Positions 27,710 through 39,489 of a DNA stretch of 64,000 nt are shown one piece after another. Origin of the DNA: Antedon mediterranea (lineage: Eukaryota > Animalia > Echinodermata); contig NC_092670.1 of the NCBI RefSeq assembly GCF_964355755.1, positions 26,460,795 through 26,524,794 on the forward strand, read 5' to 3'. The notes beneath the pieces were generated by a model. The model saw only the letters and a program-made list of their open reading frames with translations. It made no database searches and was not told the origin of the DNA. Positions within the stretch are counted from its first letter, which is position 1. Each line of letters begins with the position of its first letter. The position numbers and the translations under genes were made by a program.

Positions 27710-28445
27710 AGTTTGACGTTTTGTAAAATTAATGCATAGTTTAAAAACGTTAAACCAGGTCATTCATTGTCTTAAGTGCATTCTATGGTTAATTATGATG
27801 GAGTGGGGATAAACTAATACATTTTGTTATTAGGAATAAATTAAATTATTTAAAAGATATTGTGACATTTTTGACATTTAACTTTTTGAGGTATTGTTAC
27901 ACAAAAGAATATTAGAGAAAGATAACTAATAATAATAAAGATTTCATACAATAACAATAGGTGATCATTTTATTCTAAATGATCAGCTGAAAGTTCTCTC
28001 GTGGACGTTTCTAGGCTTAGTTAAGCTTAGTTTTGTAGGCCTAGCTGGTAAAGAGCGGTAATGTACGAACATTGTACGCTAGCTATTGACTAGCCTGACG
28101 TTATCTCGTAGATGAATTAATTGTCTTTCCTTTTGGCAGAATCCGTTAATACAAATTGAGGAAGACCTGGTATTTTCGCTGAAAAGTTATGGTTCTTTTA
28201 TACGTTTACCCTTTCACGCGAAGTGGGTGCATCACATCACAATATGAAAATATCAATCCGTACGTGATGCATGTTGGGATTTATAGCAGGCCTCTAAAAT
28301 GATTAGAATCAACTTATTTTTCAAATTTTTAACAGTTTTAAAGACAAAAAAATATCACAAAGGTCCATATGTAGTATTTATTTTTACATAAAACGTAGTG
28401 TGTGACCTTAAATTAGGTAAAAAAAACGTAGGACTGCTAGTGTCT
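27710..28445 (-). mobile_element. Kolobok-like MITE family K1, degenerate copy
   Basis: Colinear with 63055-63600, with an AT-rich insertion at ~27810-27980; ends GTCT|TTAA. Confidence 0.75.
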
Positions 28446-29460
28446 TTAATATCCAAATGTTCATTGTAATATTAATATTATTGTATTATAATGAATGTTT
28501 ATCAATAAATTGTTTGTTATGCGCAATTTGCGCAATTGGAAATTTAAAATTTATTTAAATGTAATAACTTAGGAAAGTTAGTGAAATCATTCTTATTTTT
28601 GTTGCTAAACATATTATTGTCTAAATATAATTATTCATTAAGTCTTCAGTTATTCTTAGGCAAAAAATTTGGAAAAATATTAGTATTTGATCAATTCGCT
28701 TTGTTTGCACTTTACTTTTCTTGGGGCCGAGTTGACTTGGGAACGATTTGACAGTAAATTATATTTCTCAACTCACGGACCAAATACTGTGGAATTACTG
28801 TAGATTACAAACTATTACAAAATAAATTTATAAACACCATTTATTTTGTGGGGAAAATATGGTAAGGTATATTTTTATGAGGACCATTTCTATATGAAAT
28901 TCTGAAAATAATACCGTATATTAATATTTACAGTATTTTTTTGGCAGCAGAAATAGGGCCAACACTATTAAATGTTGTGTTAAGACACTTTTAAATGTTG
29001 TGTTACCTCATCATGCATAGCCGAAAAAATAACAAATTGTTTTAGATCATGACGACCAACGAGGTTTCATAAAGGGGACTAGAAAAATGTATGATATTCC
29101 GTACGGCCTGGTGTTGATTGATTTTAAACAAGCGTTCTGATACAGTTTTACGGTTTCCCATACTTTCGTAAAAAAAACTCTAGTTAAATATAATTTTGGG
29201 GATGATATTTTAAGGTGATTAACATTTTCTACAATACGGTAAGTGCAAATCAAGAGTTCTGGTAAATGGTTATCCAACACCTTTTTTTTTAATGTTAAAA
29301 GAGGATGTCGTCAGGCCGATTCTCTTTCACCATATATATTCATCTTTGTATTGAGGTTTTGGCACAAAATATCAGATCAAATAAGTGTATAAAAGGTATT
29401 AATGCAGAATCCACCAAGTTTAAAATCACTATGTACACTGAAAATGCCACTATGTACTTA

Positions 29461-30450
29461 GGGTATGTTCAGACCTACGGAGTTATGCTTTCGTATCACA
29501 GCCAAGGTCATATTTTAATGAGCGTCGTAAGAGCAAAGTGTTCAGATTCATTACAACGAAGTTGCGTTACAAACGGATATGATGTCACTCGCTGGCGATT
29601 AACCAAACTCTAACGCACGCATAGACCTACCTTCGTTGTTATTAAAAGTAGTAGTGGTTGGTTTAGGAGTTACAGGCCTAGACCGAACACTTGGGCTCGG
29701 CATTATCAATTGGTTGTCAGGCATACCAACCAGCCGATCGTTTTGGGGTTTGGGTTTATATTTAGTCTATGACCTAAAATATCATATATGATATGGCAGA
29801 AAAATGTTCAAATCCTGTACTTGCACCGGCTCCAGATTTATTTACTCGGTCTTTTGCCGCTTTATACGATGACCCCTTCAATTTCGTTTGGATATTGAAT
29901 CCTTGTTATGAGGATGGCCCATCTGCTAACGTGTCCGCCATCTCGTTGAACACAGACATCTTGTTGCCGGTGCTTTTACGCCAGTTTTTCACTTCCAACC
30001 GATCTCTGAACTCAGGGCTTCCCCACAATGAAATAAGGTATTTTACTTCGGTTTCTCGCCAATGCGCACGCTTCGATGACATTTTAAATTAATTAATATA
30101 GTAATATTAATAATAATAATACGTGTATAGTGTAACAACAAAAGGTATGATTTTTTCGCACGTTCACCTATCAAAACAAATGGACCAGCTTGGCTATACG
30201 AAGAGGAGCACATGTCACGATGTGATGTGGCGAATATTGTAATTTGATTGGCTAGCCTAGGTCATATTCATCGATGCGTGACTTTCGTATTGTAAGCGCC
30301 GTCCACTAAACTCATACCTTGAGCTTTCGTAGCGTACGAAATATCAGTGTCGTACGAGGTGGCTTCCACTAATCTTTTCCTGGTTCAGACCTATGGACTT
30401 GTACGCCGCGTACAATACGAAAGCATTACTCCGTAGGTCTGAACAAGCCC
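29461..30450. mobile_element. Non-autonomous PIF/Harbinger element, 990 bp
   Basis: TIR GGG(TA/CT)TGTTCAGACCTACGGAGT.ATGCTTTCGTAT; TTA TSD at 29458-29460 and 30451-30453; the host LINE frame rejoins on removal. Confidence 0.92.
29774..30082 (-). pseudogene. Myb/SANT-like (trihelix) DNA-binding domain relic inside the Harbinger element
   Basis: Hand translation: MSSKRAHWRETEVKYLISLWGSPEFRDRLEVKNWRKSTGNKMSVFNEMADTLADGPSS*QGFNIQTKLKGSSYKAAKDRVNKSGAGASTGFEHF...; one in-frame stop. Confidence 0.78.
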
Positions 30451-31680
30451 TTAGATGGTTCAGAAAAGAGTATGGTAGAGGTACAGTATTTAAACAGCTA
30501 GATTGTTTCTACAACATATCTGGGTTAAAGATAAACTACCAACAAGAAATATTTCTTACAAAAAACGCTGCTCGACTTTTTGTCGTAACAGTTTTAATTG
30601 TTGTTCTTTCTTCAGAAATAATGATTTATTTTTAACAATCAGTAATACACATTTGTGTAAATATAGTCTGGCCTACTGTACAGAACAAAAATAAAATCAT
30701 AAACTAAACTATAGTAATGTACATATTCCAGGGTATGGAAATGACTCCCTAAGGTCGTAGTGACCCGGCCCACACAGGAATAACAATGCAAACAAATTAA
30801 AAGTTAATATTTTTGCAACAAATTATACATGCCTGTTAGTATTTTGTAAATGGTTAGCGTTGATTAATCTTAAGTAGTAATTTGATATTGCTTTTTATAT
30901 GGACATGTATATGTGTTTTTTCTGTTTCTTATTTTATTTATTCCTGTACATGTATTTTGAAATATGAATAAAAAAAGAAACAGGGCCAATGATGATTACG
31001 GTATCTACAATACCAATACAGTAGTTAAACAATAGAGAGGAAATGGCATAATGCTCTATAAAAAGCAATATTGTATCAGTGATTTGTAGAAACCATACAA
31101 TATCCGGGACTATAAATGCAGCTCACACTGATGAATGATAGTACTATCATAAGATTATAACAAAAAACCACAATGGGATCAACGACCATGACACCAGTTG
31201 TACATTTCCAAGGCAACGATGGCACAATAGAAAAAAATTTTTACCATTCACAATAAAGTGGAAGTGTTCAATTACAAATCTATTTTTACTTTAAATTAAA
31301 TGACTGTTTGAATTGACATAAAACATTCATTAATAAGCTTGATAGCAATACAATCAATTAATCTAATAGAGTAAACTTACTAAGAAAACCAAGCTCTCCG
31401 AATAGTGAAAACTCCCAACAACACATTATTTTTGTATCATACACCGATTTAAAAGTGTAAGCTTGGTTCCACTATAGGACATACCGTAAAAAAAGGTGTA
31501 CAACACAAGTAATTTGACCAATCACAAGCAACAGTTCGGATCATCTGCCTTTTATAAGAAGAAAAGTGCATGTATGTTTGCCTTTGCATTCATTTCATAT
31601 TAGTAAAAAGATAAATATTTTGGCATTTCATACTAACATATACTACTTGCGCTTTTAAACTCCGTCTGGTGAAACACATA

Positions 31681-32100
31681 CCAGTCACATGGTTTTACAT
31701 CAAGAATTCCTGGTGCATACGATTATCCGGTTGACTAAGTTTCAGCCGCATTGGCTACTCACTCTAAAATATTTTAATGTAAGTTTCTGAAGGCTAGAAA
31801 TGATTTTATATGCCTAGTAGTCTGGTAAAAATTTGATGGGATTTTTCCCAAGAACAAACTCGTCTTGATATGATAGGCTAGCTTATCCGCAAATCAAACA
31901 TTGAATGGATCATTATTATGTGGAGATAACTTGATTAATTCCCACCCACCCAGACCCTGCCCTGTGTGGTAGCTATGTGCCGGTGGTATGTACCTATTTA
32001 TTGACGTTTTATTTTGCAGGTCATTATTGTACGAGTAAAAAGCTAGGCCTAGACTTGATAATGCAATTAACAAAACATTGGCAACATTCATTCTAGGCCT
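31681..32100 (+). repeat. Interspersed repeat of unknown class (copy 1)
   Basis: Colinear with 59127-59640. Confidence 0.8.
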
Positions 32101-33021
32101 ATAATAATACCTGTTTGTGCAACAACTGTTGACGCTTGTTTAACGGTTTTGATCGATGCTATACTGTTTGTACAATCGCTGTGGTGCAGCAACTTGACTG
32201 TAACAATACTGTATTTAGGAGTTCAATTTCAATAAATTACTGTATAATATGTACTTCCTCTTTTGGATAAAGGAAAATAAGCGATTAAATTTTAATAATA
32301 AAAATTAAATATTTATTTGTCCACAAAACACTAAACATCAGTACAGTGTACTATATGTACAGTAATACATACTGTGTAGTGTTGAGCACCAGCAGTAGCA
32401 GAGACATCTGGACAATCGAGTATAATCGTTATCAGCTGTCTGGATACCCAAGACTAGTGCTAGAGTATGGCGACAATTTGTGAATTCATTCGCCGTTAGC
32501 GAAATATATCTGGCACTTTTCTTATCGGAAGCAAATCTTCGTTGAATTTTATTTAAATTTATATAAATTTAATTTATGAAATGTTATTTAAATTTGATTG
32601 CTTTTGCTGCATTTTGTAGTTCTGCACTACTTGCTTTATCGCGATTCCAAGATGGCGGCAATTCAAATTTTGATTTGGTAATAATTCGCGAGGTTATCCA
32701 CTTTGCTGCCCGACTGCTATGAAACACTTCATGCATAAGTATCAGCTTCATAATGTGACAGGTCACCAGCTACACAGCTGGTATTATAAAAAGTAAAGTA
32801 ATTGCCCCAGATAATGGCACTTGAAATTATTGACATTCTACAGTATATCAGCATACTGTACATACTACAATATCTACTGTACCTAATGTATATACAGTAT
32901 AGATACATTTAAATCATTTAAATATTTTGCAAGTGATGATTTTTTCAAGGTCACAATTCTCTATTGACAGTACCATTAGTAATAATCTGTGGTAAAAAAA
33001 ATGTTAAGTTTAGTAACTTAC

Positions 33022-33108
33022 CCTTTTATTTGGTAAAAATGCAGGGGCTGCTGGTTGGGGAACCACATCAGGTCTTCTCCAAGCGGTCACTGTGGCCATA
33101 TTCCACAT
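33022..33108 (-). CDS. Candidate first coding exon of an unidentified host gene
   Basis: MWNMATVTAWRRPDVVPQPAAPAFLPNKR followed by the strong phase-0 donor AGG|GTAAGT; unique, GC-richer sequence with promoter motifs just upstream. Confidence 0.5.
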
Positions 33109-33279
33109 ATGGGGAGAGAGTTAAGTATTGTAGCTAGGCTAAGAAATGACAGTTTAGCAAAACACAATCTGTATTACACAGCAGACCTCTGAGCTTGTAC
33201 TACTACACTGTTTCGAGCCTGGCTAAACAAATCTCCAGATTGTCAAAAATAGGATGTTTGAGGGCACTAAGCATAGAAA

Positions 33280-33415
33280 TCAGACAAGATCATGAGATGT
33301 GAGGTTTGACAGAATGTATACACAAGTGGGCGGAGTCAACTTACAGGCAGTTCACTGATCCCCAGGGATTTCCTCTTACTAATGTATTTGACAGTTAATA
33401 CAATTGGCCAATCAG
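33280..33415 (-). promoter_or_regulatory. Candidate Pol II promoter (GC box plus CCAAT)
   Basis: TGGGCGGAGT at ~33328 and ATTGGCCAAT at ~33403-33412, 220-300 bp upstream of the candidate ATG. Confidence 0.45.
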
Positions 33416-34140
33416 CAAATGGCTTTGGCAATTTTGCTGACATTCTTTTAATGGACTATTCCATATAGTTTGTTATAAAGGGGTGTTTTATTAAGCAGCT
33501 AAAAATACATGACATACAATAGAAATATATGGTTTTCATATTAAGTGATTGTTAGGATCTTTTTTCTCTCTTCATTTTCTTTTACTATAGTAGCTAGATC
33601 AACACCAGTAGGTCCTTAAATTTCAACAACCACTGGTCACAGTGGGGTAATTTTGGTCTCAAATCAGAAGGTATACATATAATGTCTAATGGGACCAGAG
33701 AGGTGTAATAAGTCGAAGACTAGAGGGCGTATTCCAGACTGAAAAGTAATTCCAACTGAAGGGTGAACCAACAAGATGGCGGCCGTAAATGTGTTCAAAA
33801 ACATTATTTAATATAATAAATAGTAATCTAATATAATACATTAGGACCACATAAATTACAACACATATTTTTGTTAAAGCATGTGGCGGGGCATTTAAAT
33901 CGAGAGGAGGGGGAGCGTTTATTTAAAATGATGTTTTATGGCTTTTATTTAAAGCGGGTGTTTATTCGAATAAATACTCTAATTTTAATAATGATATATA
34001 ATTCGTTTCTCAATCTCACTGATAAAGGTACTTTACATGATTAGTTTTCCTCTTCATGCTTTTGTAACAAAATGTTTCTGCCTTTTAGAATAAAAGTGAC
34101 ACTGTCACGGACTTTTAACAAATCCTCTCCAAGTGCCAGT

Positions 34141-34785
34141 ATTATACAAATATTGCCTGCTTAGATGTAAAATATAAGATTTGACATCCCCGAGGGAATG
34201 ATATTTTGCTCAAGCAAAGATTGTATAGCACCACTACGCGCCGCAAGATAGATAACTGTTGCCTAGCTCTTATAACACTACGCCCCTAGTAAATCCATGG
34301 ATGCCATTCGGGTGGACAGGTTATTTTTGTGCATTAAATGTAAATGGTTTAAATTTTGCGGTCCACCTCGAAGTATCTGTGGTTAACCATCTTGAGGATT
34401 GATAAATGGAAAAGGGAAGAAATTATGTAAACAAAGTAAAATAAAAGTTTCTTTGGGATCTGGAAACTTTACGATTAAGTCTGTGTGTTTACATTGACAT
34501 GCTTGGTTAGACAACTTCGTTCTTTGACCGACCATTATACGATATTGCCTTGACAACGACTTTATTCCAGTTTAAATTTGTCCGCATAAATGGCGTCCAT
34601 GGATTACAAACGTCTAACCTAGTTACCTATCGTATACAATCTTTGGCTCAAGGGAATTTATATTTCCTGAAGCGCTAGCTGAGGGAAATATAATTCTCGA
34701 AGGGCATAATATCATTCCCGAGTGGATGTCAAATCTTATATTTTACCGATATAAAAGGCGATATCTGTTATATTATATAGCCAAC
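34141..34785. mobile_element. Long-palindrome non-autonomous element (tentatively Crypton-like) carrying a nested MITE
   Basis: Arms GTAAAATATAAGATTTGACATCC..GGGAATGATATT and AATATCATTCCC..GGATGTCAAATCTTATATTTTAC; an inverted, deleted copy lies at 40199-40333. Confidence 0.6.
34215..34645. mobile_element. P-superfamily-like MITE, 431 bp
   Basis: 13-bp TIR CAAAGATTGTATA; 7-bp TSD GCTCAAG at 34208-34214 and 34646-34652; inverted subterminal AATCCATGGA(T/C)GCCATT. Confidence 0.75.
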
Positions 34786-34933
34786 AACAAGTAGAATATC
34801 TACTGGGTCGGGTAGCTAGGCCTCCTTTATGTGGGTTACATAATTTCGTTTGTATATTGTATTTCAATCGCTTATAGCCCCTCGGAATGAAATGTGACCC
34901 TCATGATTAAAGTTTATTATGGAAGCTGTTTAA

Positions 34934-34983
34934 TTAGGTTATATGCATGATATGCATATAACCTCTTGATTCTGTCAAAATCT

Positions 34984-35014
<31 letters not shown>

Positions 35015-36392
35015 TTCTTTCCTTAGCACTATTTTGTCCGTGAATTATCTTGATATCAGTTTCATCTATCTAAGTCAATTTTTCAGAGTATATTCCTTAT
35101 GGCCAGGAATCGATGTGGTTATGTTTTCAGGGTGCGCAATCAAACATTACGCTGTCTACGCGCGATTTAACTAAATCACGTTTGTAATCATATCTTCACA
35201 AGCATGAATCACTTTTAAACAAAATTTGGTACTCATAAATTTCAGGTCATATTTCATCATATGGCAATACAATAACGTGCGTAGCGCATATAACGCATGC
35301 GTACGCGCGCTTAAAATGTTGAAAATTGTCAGAATTTATTTTCGATGAAATTAGAGTACGTTTCAGGCAATTTTAAGCGTTTAAAAAATTGCCATGAGTG
35401 CGCAGATTTTTGCATGCGCACTACGCGTCAAACGTTAATGCACACTATTTTTGTCCGATTACTGTTGTATAACCTTTCTTTAATAATATCATCATATTTT
35501 ATTCACTTTTCAACGCGAAACAGCATTATACGAGCACGTCAAAAGTGACAGGCTACGCACGTGTAAGTTAACAAAATGGTGAAAATATGCTAAATTTTAA
35601 AATTAATATATATCGTTAGAATGCTCGGGAACAACTATTTTTTATTTAATTTTCTTGAAGTGTATGTATCATATGTATGATTTATTATGAAATTAGAAGA
35701 ACAAAAGTTGATTAAGTCATCATTAATGGCATATTAAATTTAACAAAATTAATTTCGACAATCAAACAAATTATAACATTTTCTTAGGCCAAAATAACAA
35801 TCTTAACATTAACTTTCTTCCTTAAGAAGTTCATATATTAAAGTTAAAAGTATATAGTTTGACAGTGCATCATTTTTTAAAATTTTTAAAGATGTCATCA
35901 TAGTAAAACATTATAATTCATTGCGGTATGTAATAATCTATCTGCACCAAAGTGGTTACTGCATAGTAAATACACGGAGGAATCTTTCCATAACTTTTAG
36001 TCAGTTGTGTATGGCTCGGTGGTCTCTGCTCGTGTCTATAGCATTCAAGTTCGAGTCTCACCTTGGGAAACCAAACGAAATAAGATTTTTTTTATTATCC
36101 GTATTGGTTGTTCAATTGTATTTCTTAGTGTTAGATTATACACATGATTTATAATGAAATCTAAATAAAAACACAAATGTGGTTTATGACATTATTATAC
36201 GCAGAAAGATCTTTGATCGGATTATGATACCGGCTATTGTATTTGCGTTAGCAAGATCCTATCATATATTATTATAAATAACTAACGATTCTGAGAAAAT
36301 CAATCAATCAATATATCTTAAATCAATCAATTATCTTTATTTAAATCAATGCATATAACCTATAATTCGTCATAGTGACGAATTAAATCTAG
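34934..36392 (+). mobile_element. Complete non-autonomous Helitron/Helentron-like element E1
   Basis: 5' hairpin AGGTTATATGCAT-GAT-ATGCATATAACCT, (TTTA)n, 3' subTIR ATGCATATAACCT (36349-36361), hairpin TAATTCGTCA-TAG-TGACGAATTA, CTAG end. Confidence 0.85.
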
Positions 36393-36838
36393 TTGTAGAT
36401 ATGACTTCATATAAAAATTTTGTATATCAGATGTCATGATGTCATCATATAGTCAGTTGTATTCAAAAAGTCAATTTCTTTCGTAATGTCTATGCAACAC
36501 TGTATATAACATATACAGGGTAAAATAAACTGTAACATAACTGTTATGCTCAGATGCTATGCTATAAAACATAAAAATTAAGATTTTTTTGTACAAATCG
36601 CATTTTACTTAACATACTTAGTAAGTAAATTCACCAAATTTTAGTCCATTCCGAATTACGAGGATGTTAAAAATGACAAAATGCGCACATTAATTGCACA
36701 AAAATGTTGAAAATGGCAAAAAATAAGGCATTTTAAAATGAAAATAATTCTTCAGAATGTACGATGACCACCAATTTTTGAAACTTATTCTGGAAGCCAT
36801 TGAATTTCTGTTTTGCAAATAGGCTAGAATATTTATTA

Positions 36839-38374
36839 TTGGTTATCCGCAACGAAGTTGCAGGATAACCTCTGATGATTGTACGAAATCAACATCATCT
36901 TTTTATTTGTCTACTTTCTTTCTGTATGATTTTTGTGTAACGCATTTCTCTAAAACTTGCAAACATAACATTTTGTTAACTATCTTGACATATTGACATT
37001 TACGTAACGTCGTCAAGCGAAGCTTTTCATGACGTTTACAATTTCGCAACGTGACTTAAGCGCGATTTAACGATTTTCTCGTATTTAACATCGGTCGAAA
37101 ACCAAATGACATTTCAAATTGAAACTTTGCAAAAGTTTAATTTATATCATGCGCTAACTTTCTGTAGAAAAAAAATTGCATGTTTTACACAAAGTTACGC
37201 ATGCACGCGCATTTAAAATTTCAAAATGCGCAAAATTAATTTCTTTCTACGCGTTTCATGTCGTTTTAAGCATGTAAAAAATTCTCACGCGTGCGCAAAT
37301 TTTTACGTGTGCGGTGCGCACGTAGCATTAAAAACATATTTTTTTCGCGTGATTTTATGTTTTTCCAGCCTTTTCTAGTAATTTTACCAACTTTTAAACA
37401 ATTTGACCTAAATTTACGTCATACGAGCACGTCAAATTGGACAATTTGCGCGTGTATTTGATGAAAAAGTTCAAAAATTCGTCAAAATTATGCCTTTTTT
37501 AAACAGTCGTAATTTCTAAACTGCACGGTCAACTTTGTAGATATAGGATCATGTATTAATATGGCTAACCGGACATTGTGACGTCATCGTATGGCCACAC
37601 GAATATAAAATTTAGGATTTTTGTATCTTTTGTCATAGCTCATCACATTTAATAGAGCGCATCTCCACTTATCCGTTTTCTATTTTCACCCCGATTTTGA
37701 TATTGTCTAGGTCAATCAACTATCTTTCGCATGAGTTAAAAATATTTTAATTTTTATGACGTCATCATGCCTAAAAATTACGTGTGGCATTAATTTCATC
37801 TTTTAATCTGTTATAGCTCGTAAGAATAAAATGTAATCACGATTAAAACGTTTTCTGGAAGCTATTGGATTGTAGATACGAAATCATGTGAAAATTTTGC
37901 CAATCGGATGTTGTGACGTCATCATATGGCCAGTTAAATGAAAAAAGTTGTATTTTCATCTTTTGCGTCATAATTCATTACATTTAAAAGAGAGCGCGCA
38001 TCAATATTTCACGTATTCAAATTTTCTTTTACACGTTAATATGTTGTTGCTGAGATAATTTCCTTCCGAAATTGCTACCTTCGCGTTTCATTTTAAAACC
38101 GTCAACAATAACATGTTAAAAATTGGAATAAATTCTACACTGTATGTGATATGGATACAGATTATACTGTGTATACTATTATGAATCAAAATAATAGAAT
38201 TCAGCAATAACAACATATCATATTCTTCAGTTCAGGTCATAATGCCAACTTGAACACTTCCTTTTGTCCTCAACCTATCCCCTTAATGTTAAAAGGTACG
38301 TCATTACACGTTCATGTTGCACCACTTGCGCGGCGGATAACCAAACTCGTCAAAGTGACGAGTTTCATGTCTAG
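36839..38374 (+). mobile_element. Complete non-autonomous Helitron/Helentron-like element E2
   Basis: 5' TTGGTTATCCGC..GGATAACC hairpin; 3' GCGGATAACCAA (38333-38344), hairpin AAACTCGTCA-AAG-TGACGAGTTT, CTAG at 38371-38374. Confidence 0.85.
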
Positions 38375-38847
38375 TTATATTTGAACATTTTAAAGCTCTT
38401 CAAAATTAACGGTGACCTTGATGTTTATAATGTATTATGAAAACTATCAGATGTTGTGACGTTATCATATGGCCAGTTGAAGTTAAAAAGTAGTTTTTTC
38501 ATCGCTTTCATAAAAGTTACACAAATTTCAAAGAGCGCGACCTGTGCTTCTATGTGCCAAATTTTCTTTTAAATCTTATATCTTTTTACTAAATTCATTA
38601 TCTCCCGAAATTGTCATCTTCATGTTTATGTTTATTTTTATAAAAACATAATGTGAGTTCCGTAATTTCACCTATGCTACACTGTATATAGATATACAGT
38701 ATATACTTTATATTCTACTCAGCAGCACTATAAGCGTATATGCATCAGGTCATATTTTAACATATTTTTAAAAATAAAATGTCATTAAAATTATTTTTTA
38801 TCACAATGGTCACCTATAGTTCGTCAAAGGGACGAATTAAATTCTAG
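38375..38847 (+). mobile_element. 3' part of an older related Helitron-like copy (5' part probably ~36393-36825)
   Basis: GATGTTGTGACG..ATCATATGGCCAGTT body; end TTCGTCAAAGGGACGAA + TTAAATTCTAG. Confidence 0.65.
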
Positions 38848-39489
38848 TACAGTATTACTATTATGTAAAAATACTGAAATGCATCACGCATTGATAGATA
38901 TTTTCTTATCTTCTCTGATGCATCCACTTTTGGTGTAATGCATAGAGTCGGTCGTAAAGGGAAAAATAATTGAAAAACTGCTACTGTTTGGTATTAACAG
39001 ATTTTGCAAAAGTACTCCATTTTTTGAATATTTTTTTTGTAATCTTTGTAATATTATATTACCTAGAAATTCTAACTACTTAAGGAATATAATTACAATT
39101 TCAAATCATCACAATAGCCTTGGAAATTTGATGTACATTGATTTCTCATGGGAAATATATAAGTTATTCCAAAATAATCACAATTTTGTTATTCTTTATA
39201 TTATTAGGCCTATGTGTATTCAATGGTAATATACAACTTTGCTGTGGCTGGATGAGGTATGTGTTGCTGTGTTAAATAAATTAAATAAAACTATTTCTTT
39301 GCATTTAAAATCTATATACATTACCAATAAAACTTCTCTATGTTAATTAAAATTGAATCAATCCACAATTAGATTGCAGAAACATACTTCTATTTATTTA
39401 TTTATTTATTTATATTGTTTATGACTGCAGAACATAGCTTTGGGCTGGGCTCTATAATTGTATATTACATAGCCTATGTAAATACGCTA

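Larger units (their letters stand above)
29040..30545 (+). pseudogene. Decayed L1/Tx1-clade LINE reverse-transcriptase fragment, split by a Harbinger MITE
   Basis: Motifs DQRGFIKG, LIDFKQAF, RVLVNG, KRGCRQADSLSPYIF, CIEVLAQNIRSN..IKGI, KITMYTENATMYL|DGSE (degenerate YADD) and SGLKIN; multiple frameshifts and stops. Confidence 0.85.

Noticed and set aside
29793-30092. Plus-strand ORFs sharing NSGLPHNEI (also 47059-47370)
   Set aside because: These are antisense shadows of the minus-strand Myb/SANT relics.
32647-33785. YY1-like CAAGATGGCGGC motifs (~32649 and ~33772) as host promoter elements
   Set aside because: Both appear to lie in transposon-like remnants, with no independent support for function.
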